64,000 nucleotides of DNA from an uncultured Gammaproteobacteria bacterium (lineage in GTDB: Bacteria > Pseudomonadota > Gammaproteobacteria > JACCXJ01). Shown here one piece after another: positions 1 to 10,424 of this stretch (positions within the stretch are counted from its first letter, which is position 1; each line of letters opens with the position of its first letter). The DNA is taken from positions 12,095-76,094 of the forward strand of contig CAVXTM010000004.1 in assembly GCA_963764725.1 (NCBI GenBank), in the 5' to 3' direction. The notes under the pieces were generated by a model. It saw nothing but the letters and a program-made list of their open reading frames with translations. It made no database searches and had not been told where the DNA came from. The translations under genes and the position numbers were made by a program.

Positions 1-812
1 TCCCAACCTTCTCCATATGACATGCTCCAGTAATGTGTTGCTGCCGCATAGAGACTGGGCATTTGAGACTCAGTCAAAACTTGGTCATAAAAAACTACAG
101 GGGCAGCTTTCCTTCTCGACTTCCCGATCTCTCTCTCGATTGCGGCGAGGGTTCGCTTGAATCGATCAGGCCACCACCAGCGATATCTATAACCACTCAA
201 TTTCAAGATCAGAATTGTGTCATCATTCGCACTGGTTGTTTTTATCCAGACCCGCAGCAGCCCCCAGATATTTTTTCTGGGCGCGGAAATAAAATCAGAT
301 ACATTTAGAAATCTTGTCTTGTATTCGAGAACGCTGCGCTCCCTTCGGCACGCGAGCTTTAATGGCTCGACGCCCGGATGAAACCGATCCGAGTCAACCC
401 CATGTGGACAGAGCCTGAGATGCTCTTCTGGAATTCCGCTTGCCATCCAAGCTCGCTTAGATGAATCGGTGGGCAGCACGACTAGATCCTGGCTCGAGCT
501 GAGCTTTGCCCAGGTTTCGGGAATTCGCGTCGTTTCGAAGGTTGTGGAATTGACGTTGAGCATCCCTTCAACAATCCTCGCCTGATTCGGCAAACAAATA
601 TGCAGGATAGCGCGAGAGCTGACCGGGCGGTCTAATGTATCGAACCAGGGGTCACGCTTCTCTTCGGGTAATGCGCCGACACTACCTGTGGGAAGATCTA
701 CGAGCTGCACACGAATTCCCAGTTTGTCCAACGCGCGTACGATTTCTCTGATATGGCCCCCATACCCAGAGGGGCGTCTATAGTGTCCAGAGATGATCAG
801 CGATCTACCCAT
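1..812 (-). CDS. Glycosyltransferase family 4 (GT-B), runs off the left window edge
   Basis: Not in the ORF track because it has no stop in the window. Manual translation from ATG at 812 is open to base 1: MGRSLIISGHYRRPSGYGGHIREIVRAL...HGVDSDRFHP...RKNIWGLL...MPSLYAAATHYWSMSYGEGW, with typical GT4 motifs. Confidence 0.85.
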   Translation of the reverse strand, partial: MGRSLIISGHYRRPSGYGGHIREIVRALDKLGIRVQLVDLPTGSVGALPEEKRDPWFDTLDRPVSSRAILHICLPNQARIVEGMLNVNSTTFETTRIPETWAKLSSSQDLVVLPTDSSKRAWMASGIPEEHLRLCPHGVDSDRFHPGVEPLKLACRRERSVLEYKTRFLNVSDFISAPRKNIWGLLRVWIKTTSANDDTILILKLSGYRYRWWWPDRFKRTLAAIEREIGKSRRKAAPVVFYDQVLTESQMPSLYAAATHYWSMSYGEGW

Positions 813-893
813 CGGCGGTCATCGAGTTGTGAGACGTCCCATCCTGAGCAAATTTTCCGCGGTAAAGTGCCAACACAATATAGTCGAAGAGAG

Positions 894-3800
894 TCACTGT
901 TCGCCTTCCGATACACTTAACCCGCGCTCCGCTTCAAGTAACGCTGTTACTTCATCTGGCGAGAGTTGTTTCAATTCCTCCAGTATTCGAGCCACTTCAG
1001 CCGGGTCTTCCTGATCGACCTGCGCCGCGGCGATCGCCGCACTGAGGTCGGTGATCGTCGGCGCATCGAAGAGGATCCGGAGCGGCAGTTGCACGTGAAA
1101 GGCTTGCTGGATCCGAAAGGCAAGCAGGGTGAGTAAAAGGGAGTGCCCACCCAACTCGAAAAAGTTGTCGCGGATCCCGATCCCCTCGAGGCCGAGTAAC
1201 CCGCGCCAGATCTCGGCAAGCTCTTCCTCGACCGGGGTGCGGGGCGCGACAAAGGGGCTCTCTAAATCGGGCCTAGCCTGTTCGGGCGCCGGCAGCGCCC
1301 GCCGATCCACCTTCCCACTCGGTGTCAGCGGCAGCGCCTCGAGTACGACGAAGCTCGCGGGCACCATATACTCGGGTAGCTTTTCCTTGAGGAAGCTCCG
1401 CATCTCATTGGTTGCAGGGGCTGTCTCCGGCGTGACAACCACGTAAGCCACCAGACGCTGGTCGCCGGACCCTTCCTGACGGGCCGCCACTACCTCGCGT
1501 ATCCCCGGATGCTGGCTGAGCACCGCCTCGATCTCGCCCAACTCGATGCGGTAACCACGAATCTTCACTTGATGGTCGCTGCGACCCAGGTAGACGAGCT
1601 CACCATGGGATAAGTAACGGGCCAGATCACCGGTCTTGTACAGCCGAGCCCCGAACTCCTGGCTGAAGGGATTCGGAATGAACCTTTCAGCGCTGAGTTC
1701 TGGGCGGTTCAAATAGCCCCGGCTTAGCCCCTGCCCAGCCACATAGATTTCACCCGGCACCCCGATCGGGACTGGTTGCAGGTGCTCGTCCAGCAGATAA
1801 AGCTGCAAATCAGGGAGCGGCCGGCCAATGGGACTTCCTTTTTCCTGGCTCAGGTCGGCCAGCTTCAGTGGGCGAGAGGTGACATGGACGGTAGTTTCAG
1901 TGATCCCGTACATGTTGACTAACCGAGGTCGCTCATCGCCGTGGCGCTCAAACCAGGGCCGGAGCCGGTTGACTTCAATCGCCTCGCCGCCGAAGATGAC
2001 GAGGCGCAGCGCCAGTTCTCCGACGCGATCCGGCCCGCTTTCCTCCTCGACCCGCATCAGTTGGTAGAAGGCTGAGGGGGTCTGATTGAGGACCGTCACC
2101 TGCTCCTGGCACAACAGTTCATAGAAGGAGTCAGGCGAGCGAGTCATCCAGCCGGGCACCACCACCAACCGCCCGCCGTAGATCAGCGCCCCCCACATCT
2201 CCCAGACCGAGAAGTCGAAGGAGTAGGAGTGAAAGAGGGTCCACACATCTTCCTGGTCGAAATGAAACCAGGGGTCAGTGGCCGCGAACAGACGCGTGAC
2301 ATTGTGGTGGCTGACTAAGACTCCCTTCGGGCTCCCCGTCGAGCCGGAGGTATAGATGACATAGGCGAGGTTTCCAGCCGTCGCACCGCTGGCAGGATTT
2401 TCCTCACTCTGGTTGTCCGTGATTTCCCGGTCTGCGTCCAGACAAACGGTCTTTGCCCGGTGCTGGGGAAGAGAGCAAACCAAGCGCTCCTGGGTTAACA
2501 GCACAGGCGCTTGGGTATCTTCTAACATGAAGGCCAGCCGATCTTTTGGATAGTCCGGATCCAGCGGCACGTAGGCTCCCCCGGCCTTGAGGATACCCAG
2601 CAGCCCGACCACCAGCTCCAACGAGCGCTCCAGGCAAATCCCCACCAGCACCTCGGGACCTACTCCCAGCTTCTGCAGGTGATGCGCCAGTTGATTGGCC
2701 CGGCGGTTTAGGTCCCCATAGGCCAGCCGCTCTCCCTCGAACTCGACTGCCACCCTCTCAGGCGTCCGTTCGACCTGTGTTTCGAACAGTTCGTGGATGC
2801 ACTGGTCCGTCGAGTAATCCGCCTTGGTCTGGTTCCACTCCACAAGCAATCGATGCCGTTCGGCGGCACTCAAGAGCGGTAAGTCAGAGATGCGCTGCTC
2901 GGGATTTGCGGTGATGCCTTCCAGCAGAGTCTGGAAATGTATCAGCATTCGCGTCATCGTCCCTGCATCGAACAGATCCAAGTTGTACGTGAACAGACAA
3001 CACAGCCCTTCCGGTTTCTCGACCACGTCGAGGAACAAATCTACTATGGCCACGCCGTTGTCGGTCTCGACATCTTCAATCCTCAGGCCCTGCACCTCGA
3101 TGGCATGTTTGGGGATATTTCTGAAGTTGAGCATCACCTGAAAGAACGGCGTCTGACTCAGATTCCGCGCTGGCTGGAGCTCTTCCACCAGCTTCTCGAA
3201 CGGCAGGTCCTGGTGGGCATAAGCGCTTAAGGCCGTCTGGCGCACCCGGTCCAGCAGCTCCTGGAACGTGGGATCGCCCGACAGATCGGTGCGCAGCACC
3301 AGCGTATTGATGAAGCACCCGATCAACTCCTCCGTCTCCACTCGCAGGCGACCGTTGGTGGGCGCGCCCACCACGATGTCCTCCTGCCCCGTATAGCGAG
3401 AGAGCAGCGTCTGGAAACCCGCTAGCAGCGTCATAAATAGGGTGACGCCCTCCTCACGGCTCAGCGCCTTGAGTCTCTCGGTCAGGCCTTTGGAGAGGAC
3501 GAGCGATTGCCCTGCGCCCCGATAGGTGCGGCTGGCCGGTCGCGGATGATCAGTGGGCAGCCCCAGCGCCGAGAGGGCGCCGGCCAACTGTTGCTTCCAG
3601 TAAGCGAGCTGCCGCTCGAGGAGCTTGCCCTGGAACCACTGCCGCTGCCAGGCCGCGAAGTCGCCGTACTGGATGGATAATTCTGGGAGGGAAGAGGCGC
3701 GCCCAGTAGTGAAAGCGTCGTAGAGCGTGCCGAGCTCTCGCAGGAGCACGCCCATCGACCAGCCGTCGAAGACGATATGGTGGATCGTCAGCAGCAGCAC

Positions 3801-4319
3801 ATGCTCCTGTTCGCCCAATCGCAGCAGGAGGGCCCGCAAGTGCGGTCCCTGGGCCAAATCAAAGGGTCGCCGGGCCTCTTCGTTCACCAACTGCCACGCC
3901 TGTGCCGTCCGCTCAGACTCCGGTAGATGTTGAAGGTCCACTACGGGAAAGCTGAGCGGGCGCGCCGGGGCAATCACCTGGCACGGGCTGCCATCGACCG
4001 AGACGAAGGTGGTGCGCAACACCTCGTGGCGGCGGATAATTTCAGTCAGACTTCGCTCCAGCGCCTCCACGTCGAGAGCACCTGTCAGGCGAATATGCGA
4101 GGGGCGGTTGTAGACAGAGCTGCCGGGCTCCAACTGGTCGAAGAACCACAGTCGCTGTTGGGCGAAGGAGAGAGGAATACGGCTCTGCTCTGGCCGCCGC
4201 GCAATTCCCTTCGGCCTCCCATCGCCCAGGTTTTTCTGCCGCAGCCGCTTCTCCCAGAGCGCCTGCTTTGCGCTTGAGAGCCTGGACCCGTGCTGTGAGC
4301 TCTCGTCGTTTCTCGACAT
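894..4319 (-). CDS. Single-module NRPS (C-A-PCP), A domain predicted Thr-specific, no TE
   Basis: C domain LSFAQQRLWF and HHIVFDGWS; A domain YTSGSTGSPKG, FDFSVWE, NMYGITETTVHVT, YKTGDL; PCP DNFFELGGHSL. Confidence 0.95.
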   Translation of the reverse strand: MSRNDESSQHGSRLSSAKQALWEKRLRQKNLGDGRPKGIARRPEQSRIPLSFAQQRLWFFDQLEPGSSVYNRPSHIRLTGALDVEALERSLTEIIRRHEVLRTTFVSVDGSPCQVIAPARPLSFPVVDLQHLPESERTAQAWQLVNEEARRPFDLAQGPHLRALLLRLGEQEHVLLLTIHHIVFDGWSMGVLLRELGTLYDAFTTGRASSLPELSIQYGDFAAWQRQWFQGKLLERQLAYWKQQLAGALSALGLPTDHPRPASRTYRGAGQSLVLSKGLTERLKALSREEGVTLFMTLLAGFQTLLSRYTGQEDIVVGAPTNGRLRVETEELIGCFINTLVLRTDLSGDPTFQELLDRVRQTALSAYAHQDLPFEKLVEELQPARNLSQTPFFQVMLNFRNIPKHAIEVQGLRIEDVETDNGVAIVDLFLDVVEKPEGLCCLFTYNLDLFDAGTMTRMLIHFQTLLEGITANPEQRISDLPLLSAAERHRLLVEWNQTKADYSTDQCIHELFETQVERTPERVAVEFEGERLAYGDLNRRANQLAHHLQKLGVGPEVLVGICLERSLELVVGLLGILKAGGAYVPLDPDYPKDRLAFMLEDTQAPVLLTQERLVCSLPQHRAKTVCLDADREITDNQSEENPASGATAGNLAYVIYTSGSTGSPKGVLVSHHNVTRLFAATDPWFHFDQEDVWTLFHSYSFDFSVWEMWGALIYGGRLVVVPGWMTRSPDSFYELLCQEQVTVLNQTPSAFYQLMRVEEESGPDRVGELALRLVIFGGEAIEVNRLRPWFERHGDERPRLVNMYGITETTVHVTSRPLKLADLSQEKGSPIGRPLPDLQLYLLDEHLQPVPIGVPGEIYVAGQGLSRGYLNRPELSAERFIPNPFSQEFGARLYKTGDLARYLSHGELVYLGRSDHQVKIRGYRIELGEIEAVLSQHPGIREVVAARQEGSGDQRLVAYVVVTPETAPATNEMRSFLKEKLPEYMVPASFVVLEALPLTPSGKVDRRALPAPEQARPDLESPFVAPRTPVEEELAEIWRGLLGLEGIGIRDNFFELGGHSLLLTLLAFRIQQAFHVQLPLRILFDAPTITDLSAAIAAAQVDQEDPAEVARILEELKQLSPDEVTALLEAERGLSVSEGEQ

Positions 4320-4460
4320 ACTTGCTACCCCATTAAAAATTCAATAACCGGTTCTCAAAAACCAAAGATGCTCTTAAACAGAGGCATTCCGCGGAGGTAC
4401 CTCGCTCCATGCCAGGCTCGCTCGAAGACCGAGAGATTGAACTTTTCGTGTAAGGCACAA

Positions 4461-4680
4461 CATCCTGGCGAACATCTCGCCGAACAGCTTGAAGAGCTGC
4501 AGATGAGCACGGCTGTATTAAGCCGCCAGCTCAAGGTCCCGACGAATCGTATTACCGAGATCCTGAATGGCCAGAGGTCCATAACAGGCGATACTGCCCT
4601 GCGGCTCGGCCATTTCTTTGCGACCAGCGCCGAGCTCTGGATGAACTTACAGAAGCTCTACGAGCTGCGCCTGCAGATCA
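4461..4680 (+). pseudogene. higA: HigA-family antitoxin HTH fragment
   Basis: HPGEHLAEQLEEL...LKVPTNRITEILNGQRSITGDTALRLGHFFATSAELWMNLQKLYEL; no credible native start and no higB. Confidence 0.8.
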
Positions 4681-4768
4681 GAAGGGCGGCGACAGGATCT
4701 GTAATCCGCTTGCGATCAGAGGTCGAGATCACGCTGATATGCCGCAAAGGCACAACAGGAGCGCCCGA

Positions 4769-5131
4769 TCAGACCTTTCGACGCGCGCCGACGAACGATT
4801 TGACGGCAAGCACGACAAACAGAAGGCAAACCGCGGCCATTGAAATCTGCGCGATCTCGGCGCCCGAAAACGTCAGTTCGCCAAGACGCGGTATCAGACG
4901 ACCGGCCGTCGCGATAAATCCGAGCAGGGCTACAACGACAGCCGCGTGCATCAAGTGTTTTCGCAGATTTTCTTTCCGTTGCGCGATAACCCCCAACAGA
5001 AGCAGGAGCGCACCGAAGATAGCCGGAATAAGCGCCGTATAGCTTGCTCTGTCGGACATCACCCCATTCACGTACCCTAAGATTCCGATCAGAATTAGCA
5101 AAACCCCGCAGCGAATCGATAAAGAAGGCAT
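4769..5131 (-). CDS. Small 4-TM membrane protein (TMEM14-like)
   Basis: 120 aa, four hydrophobic segments, TALIPAIFG motif. Confidence 0.7.
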   Translation of the reverse strand: MPSLSIRCGVLLILIGILGYVNGVMSDRASYTALIPAIFGALLLLLGVIAQRKENLRKHLMHAAVVVALLGFIATAGRLIPRLGELTFSGAEIAQISMAAVCLLFVVLAVKSFVGARRKV

Positions 5132-5549
5132 CTGGTTTCTTCCAAAAAAATGGATTTACAGCCTAAACCTACCAGAGTTTGCCGCGAATGACGAACCCGA
5201 AGCGATACAAGTGCAAGGCATCGCATCCGATCGCCAAATCCGCAGTCGGGCCGAACTATTTCTTCTACGCCCAGAAACATGCCACTTCGGGCCGATGAAG
5301 GGCCCGAAACTCCCCGCTTCTGGGCCGAGACTAGCGTGATTGACAGTTTCCAGGTCGATTAGTACTGTTGCGTTCGACGAAAAATGGCGTTTAAACGTAC
5401 TATTTTCGAACGGAATCAACTTGTGCAGAGTTTACCGAAGTAACGGGCCGGGACAGGACTCACCGCCCGCTGGGCGGTGCAGGCGATCATCTACCACAAC
5501 ATCCTTGGGTATCAATGCCAGACATCGGCAAAGGCCGGGCCTACACTTG

Positions 5550-5993
5550 ACGTCAAGCAACTGGATCCCCAACACTGCTATGAAGCGCTCCGGGCACGCG
5601 ATGCGCGCTTCGACGGAGCCTTTTTCGTGGCGGGTTCATCCACCGGTATCTACTGCCGGCCGGCTTGTACCGCGCGCCTGCCGCGCCGGGATCCTTGTTC
5701 CTTTTACAGCAGCGCCGCCTCCGCGGAAGGTGCAGGCTATCGCCCTTGTCTGCGCTGCCGCCCAGAGCTCGCGGCAACGCGGCGCGTGATCGAGCAGGAA
5801 TCCGGTATCGGAGATTGACGGCGAGCTACATCGCGATGCGCGATCCCGATGCGTTGCGGCAGGGCGATCTGGGCTTGATGAAGGCGCTGAAGCTCACCAA
5901 GCCGAAACAACTCCTCGCGTCGCCGAAGCCTGGCGGCCCTGGCGCGCCTATGCCGCTCTGCACTTGTGGAACCACTCGAATGCCGGAGGATGA
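5550..5993 (+). pseudogene. alkA: ada-alkA fusion gene with a large internal deletion and frameshifts
   Basis: Ada Zn domain (RDARFDG...GIYCRPAC...[10 protein letters not shown]) joined directly to AlkA C-terminal pieces ([21 protein letters not shown]; [16 protein letters not shown]) across frames. Confidence 0.85.
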
Positions 5994-5994
5994 A

Positions 5995-6489
5995 ATGAAG
6001 ACTTTTTTCAGCCTGCTGCCGAGCCCCATCGGTGAGCTCCTGCTGACCTCGGACGGCGTGGCCGTGACCCGGCTCTACATGGATGCCGAACGGCAATCGT
6101 CACGGCCGCAGGAAGGTTGGGTGCGCGACGACGCCCGGTTCAAATCCGCCCGCCAGCAATTGGCAGCCTACTTCGCCGGTGAGCTGACCGGGTTTGACCT
6201 CCCCCTCGTCGCCGAGGGCACGGCCTTTCAGAAACAGGTCTGGAAAGCGCTCTGCGACATTCCCTACGGCGAGACCATCAGTTACGGTGAGCAGGCAAGG
6301 CGCATCGGACAACCCAATGGCGCGCGGGCCGTGGGAACCGCGAACGGCCAGAACCCGATTTCCATCATCGTTCCCTGTCATCGCGTGATTGGTGCGAACG
6401 GTACCTTGACCGGTTACGGCGGCGGCCTGCCCCGCAAGAAATGGCTGCTGGAACATGAGGCGGCGCATCGTAAATTTGCATTGAGCTGA
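5995..6489 (+). CDS. ogt: Methylated-DNA-protein-cysteine methyltransferase
   Basis: [27 protein letters not shown] active-site motif; GGAGG RBS upstream. Confidence 0.95.
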   Translation: MKTFFSLLPSPIGELLLTSDGVAVTRLYMDAERQSSRPQEGWVRDDARFKSARQQLAAYFAGELTGFDLPLVAEGTAFQKQVWKALCDIPYGETISYGEQARRIGQPNGARAVGTANGQNPISIIVPCHRVIGANGTLTGYGGGLPRKKWLLEHEAAHRKFALS

Positions 6490-6982
6490 GTTTGCGGCGA
6501 CCCGCAGTGCTGAAACCTGCGTTCCGGAGGTCGGCCCGCGAAGGCTTCTGAGGGCAACAGAACTGTTTATATTACGGCTTGTTATTTGCGGTCCACCCTT
6601 CGACTAATGCCGTTAATATGTCGAACTGCAGCCTACTCGAACCTTCGCCCCGACCTGGTTGTTTGCGTCGTCCGATCCACAGATGGGTCGAGCCACCAAT
6701 CCAGCGGGCATATTGATACGAGCGGGTCATGCGCGCGCCTTCACGAGGCTTCCTGATGGGTCACCTCCTGGCTTCCCATGCAACCGGACAGATCATGTGC
6801 TACAAACCCGGACATTATTTGCTCCCAACATACGCTTGACGATTGGAACGTAGTCCGGATATCATCTAGACAGCTGTTGTTCCGTGTGGCTCCAGGCGCT
6901 GGCGCGGCATCGAGTCGCCGCAGCTCGCCCGACGATGGAAGGCCACCGAAGGTTCTGATATCCATCGAAGCCGAAGCCTGAC

Positions 6983-7615
6983 ATGCTACTCGCCAACAGG
7001 CATCCGGCCCTTAGGCCCGGAAAGGAGAGCCCCGTGTTTCAGCGACATGTCTGTCGACGCCTTGTCCTTGGTTTCTCATTGCTCGGTTTTCTCGCGGTCG
7101 CGGGCTGCGCCTCCGGCCCATCGGTGCGCACGAGCTACGACCAAGGCGTCGATTTCACGCGCTTTCGCACTTTTGGCTTCTTTCAACCGCTGGGAACCGA
7201 CAGAGCCGGCTTTCGGTCGCTCGTTTCGCAGCGGCTCATGTCCGCGACGCAGCGGGAGTTGCAGGCGCGAGGACTGCAGCGCGCGGACTCCGACCCGGAC
7301 TTGCTCGTGAACTTCAACGCCAATCTCGATCAACGCCTGCGCGTCACACAGACGCCGGTCAGCACCAGCATCGGCGGCTTCTATGGCCACCGGGGAAGGT
7401 TCTACAGCACCTGGCCCATGTACCAGCAAACACAGATCCACCAGTACACCCAAGGCACGCTGGTGGTCGATGTCGTCGATGCAGCCCAGCGGCAGCTGGT
7501 GTGGGAGGGCCTGGCAGTGGGCCGCGTCACGGAGAGAACGGAGCAGAACCTGGGGCCGGTGCTCGATCAGGTGGTTGCAGAGATGTTCGAGCAGTTCCCG
7601 CTGCGACCGCGCTAG
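6983..7615 (+). CDS. DUF4136-family lipoprotein
   Basis: Lipobox VAGC, DFTRFRTFGF, YTQGTLVVDVVDA-LVWEG; the true start may be GTG near 7033. Confidence 0.8.
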   Translation: MLLANRHPALRPGKESPVFQRHVCRRLVLGFSLLGFLAVAGCASGPSVRTSYDQGVDFTRFRTFGFFQPLGTDRAGFRSLVSQRLMSATQRELQARGLQRADSDPDLLVNFNANLDQRLRVTQTPVSTSIGGFYGHRGRFYSTWPMYQQTQIHQYTQGTLVVDVVDAAQRQLVWEGLAVGRVTERTEQNLGPVLDQVVAEMFEQFPLRPR

Positions 7616-8092
7616 ATTTTCGTTATCCGTCAGGCGGGGCAGTCGCGGCCCGGTTTGTAGTCCAAGGGTAGGGCACGACCAGGGTCGATCATAGGTACTT
7701 CGAGCTGCGTTTCTCGCAACGTCCGATATTGATTACTGCGAGCTTCGTGCGCCGATTGATGGCGCACCGCACCTCGGCATGCAGGCTAAAGCCCTGACAC
7801 AGCGTTGTTCTGTGGGCGGCGCCTGACGTGTAACGTCAGCACCCTCTGGCCCACCCGGGGCCCGAACGCCGCAGGCGTCGGAGCAACAAGGACGTTGCCG
7901 GCCAATCCAGGGATGGATGCTTCAAACGCAATGCGGGAAGTGCAGGCCGCCGCTTGCAGGGGTGCCAGAGCGCTTTCCGGACTGGGGTCGGCCAAGGTAG
8001 TCAAGCCCTGCTCTTCAGGCGCGCCACGCGCGCGGAATACCGGCACTCGGCGGTGCGGTAGATCCCATTGAGCACGAGGCAGGAAAATCCGG

Positions 8093-8584
8093 CTACGCTT
8101 TGGTCGCGGCGATGGCTGCCTGCAGCTTTTTTTCGTCCTCGTGCGAGAGAGTGGACTTGAGGACCTTGCCACCCGTCCCCGCGAGCTCCTCGAGCACCTT
8201 GTCGGGCGCTGCAGTTTTCACGAGCACGAAGAGCATGGAACTGTCAGGCTTCAGGGTCGACGCCAGTTCCTTCATGAAGTTGTCATTGAGGCCCACTTCG
8301 ATGAGAGCGCCGGAAACCCCGCCTGCGGCCGCACCGACCACCATGCCGAGTAGCGGATTGAGGAAGATCAAACCGACGAGTGCCCCCCAAAAACCACCGC
8401 TGACCGCACCCGGGGCCTTCAGCTGGATGGCCTGATGCACGTGGACATCCCCCGCTTTATGCTTCACGGCAAAGGCGGCATCCTCCAGATCGACGAGATA
8501 GTCCTTGTGCATCTTCCGCAATTTGAGATGAACCTCTTCGGCCTTATACGGGTCATCATATCCGACGACGATTAGCGTGTTCAT
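8093..8584 (-). CDS. DUF1269-family membrane protein
   Basis: LVDLEDAA, GAVSGGFWGALVGLIFLNPLLG, PDKVLEEL-GTGGKVLKSTLSHEDE. Confidence 0.85.
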   Translation of the reverse strand: MNTLIVVGYDDPYKAEEVHLKLRKMHKDYLVDLEDAAFAVKHKAGDVHVHQAIQLKAPGAVSGGFWGALVGLIFLNPLLGMVVGAAAGGVSGALIEVGLNDNFMKELASTLKPDSSMLFVLVKTAAPDKVLEELAGTGGKVLKSTLSHEDEKKLQAAIAATKA

Positions 8585-8738
8585 GCAACTCTTCTCCTTT
8601 CGTTCGACGTACTGACTTGATTTGAGCGTGACCGCCAACGGCTTCTACGCGGCGTCGTGGATAAGGCCAACTATCAGACCCCCCCGGGTCCCCCCTTGAA
8701 GCCTCGACCGAATCCAGTGTACGAAGCGAAACAGGGAC

Positions 8739-8790
8739 TGTCAAGGTTCAGTCTTTTCCATATTGTATGAGTCTGAACATATGGGTTGCC
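8739..8790. mobile_element. Orphan IS end (TGTCAAG...TTTTCCA...ATGAGTCTGAA)
   Basis: Same motif family at about 9869-9900, 10401-10420 and 10425-10452, next to transposase fragments. Confidence 0.55.
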
Positions 8791-8849
8791 GCAGTACCCA
8801 TTTCCCTTTCCTCGACTTCCCCGGCAGGTGAGTGAACCCGATCGGGCGA

Positions 8850-9278
8850 CTACTCGATGAACTCGCTGCCGAGGACGTAGGTGTCCCAGAGCTTCCAGCG
8901 TCCGCCTTCCTGGTGAAAGATCGTCATCGTGTCGACGATGTTGTCGTCGAAGCCCTCCGCGCCGGGCGCCGTCACCTTTACCTTGACGCGCGCCACGGCG
9001 AACTCGTCGTCGTGGCCGACGTACTGGAAGGACACCTGCTCGGCCTTGGCGTCGAGAGCGCTGAACTGCGAGCTCAGCTCCGCCTGGGTCTGGGCGTACG
9101 CCGGGGACTTCGTGTGCACGTATCCCATCGCCGCGGCCACATCCTCGCGGTTGAACGCCGCAATATTATCCTTCGAGAGCCGTTCGAGCGTGGTGACGAG
9201 CACCTCGTCGGCGTGGACCGCCGGGGCCAACGTCACTCCGAGCACCGTCGCGGCGAGAAAGAGAAACCTGGCTTTCAT
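8850..9278 (-). CDS. Secreted NTF2-like protein
   Basis: Signal peptide MKARFLFLAATVLG...AVHA, NIAAFNREDV, FHQEGGRWKL. Confidence 0.7.
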   Translation of the reverse strand: MKARFLFLAATVLGVTLAPAVHADEVLVTTLERLSKDNIAAFNREDVAAAMGYVHTKSPAYAQTQAELSSQFSALDAKAEQVSFQYVGHDDEFAVARVKVKVTAPGAEGFDDNIVDTMTIFHQEGGRWKLWDTYVLGSEFIE

Positions 9279-9313
9279 GGAGAACTCCTCGAATGTCCTT
9301 GCGTTGATCGAGC

Positions 9314-9706
9314 TCAGAGCACGTTGTGGCCCCGCGACCGCATGCAGTTGTTGAAGGCCCGCTGGAAGGTGGCCTCGGACGCGGAAGCCTGCTGGACCCC
9401 ACGACCGATACCGCCCACAGCGGCACCGAGCGCAGCCCCTGTGCCGGCGCTGCCGAAGATGGCCCCCACGGCCGCGCCGCCGGCGGCACCGACGAGTCCA
9501 CCCGTGATGGCCCCTCGCGCGGCCTCGCCGCCGGTCGAGCCGGATGCGTGCCCGGCCAGAGCGCGGCACTCCTCCATGTCGCGGCTCGTGTACTGCGCTC
9601 GCGAGTTGCCGAAGGTGTCGACCGTCGGCGACCACGTGCTCTGGGGGGTCGCGCATCCCACGGCGGCCAGAACTGGGAGAGCGAGAATCAAAACGAGTCT
9701 TCGCAT
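9314..9706 (-). CDS. Glycine-zipper lipoprotein
   Basis: Lipobox AVGC, GGLVGAAGGAAVGAI repeats, C-terminal NCMRSRGH. Confidence 0.8.
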   Translation of the reverse strand: MRRLVLILALPVLAAVGCATPQSTWSPTVDTFGNSRAQYTSRDMEECRALAGHASGSTGGEAARGAITGGLVGAAGGAAVGAIFGSAGTGAALGAAVGGIGRGVQQASASEATFQRAFNNCMRSRGHNVL

Positions 9707-9870
9707 GATGGGAACCCTCCTGAAATCGAGTGCCTCGGACGAGGTGCGCCGCCTATGACTGGCCTCGTTCAGAGCCGCCTGCACTTTGGTTTCGTCTTCT
9801 GGCACACGCACCTCAACGATTTTCGCGAACTTCCAACGCGGATCTTTATACGTTCATTACGAAGGGCCTG

Positions 9871-10395
9871 TCAAGAGCCAGTCTCTTCCAATATGAGATG
9901 CTCGGCGGCGTGGTAGAAGTCGATGATCTCCTCACCCGCGGGCAGTTCATCGCTGAGGAAGGTCCAGTTGTCCTTGGCCCCGTCGGCAAGCTTGACCACC
10001 CGCAACGGCGGGCGTTGTCGGAGTGCGGCCGCCACCTCCGCCGCTAGCATCGTCTTCACGGTCGCTTTCTTTGACTCCGGCATCCGCGCCATGCGCACCG
10101 TGCCCAGCCGCTCGCCTTCGACATCGTGAAAGCTCAGCGTCGCACAGCCCACTTCTTGATAGCCGGCCGGTCCTTTCGTGCGCTTGCCTTCGGCAACACC
10201 CTGGTCGCGCTTGGCAGCGCGTGCCCCGTCCTTCATCGGCGTCATCACCCCATCGAGCGACACCGCCACCGTGACCGCCGCTTCGGGAATCGTCATCGCT
10301 CCGTGCAACTGCGCCTCGAAGTGTTCCCGTTGCGCTTCCCACTGCGCCGAGCACTGCTTCGGCAACCGATCCAGACTGCTCTTCGAGGGGCTCAT
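9871..10395 (-). mobile_element. ISKra4-like transposase internal fragment
   Basis: SLDGVMTPMK, YQEVGCATLSF, ADGAKDNW, DFYHAAEHL; truncated at both ends. Confidence 0.8.
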
Positions 10396-10424
10396 GATAT
10401 GGTATGAGTCTGAACATGGGTCCG

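Noticed and set aside
6560-6580. Possible LexA box (ctgtttatattacgg) after ogt
   Set aside because: Does not fit CTGT-N8-ACAG spacing and has no clear target gene.
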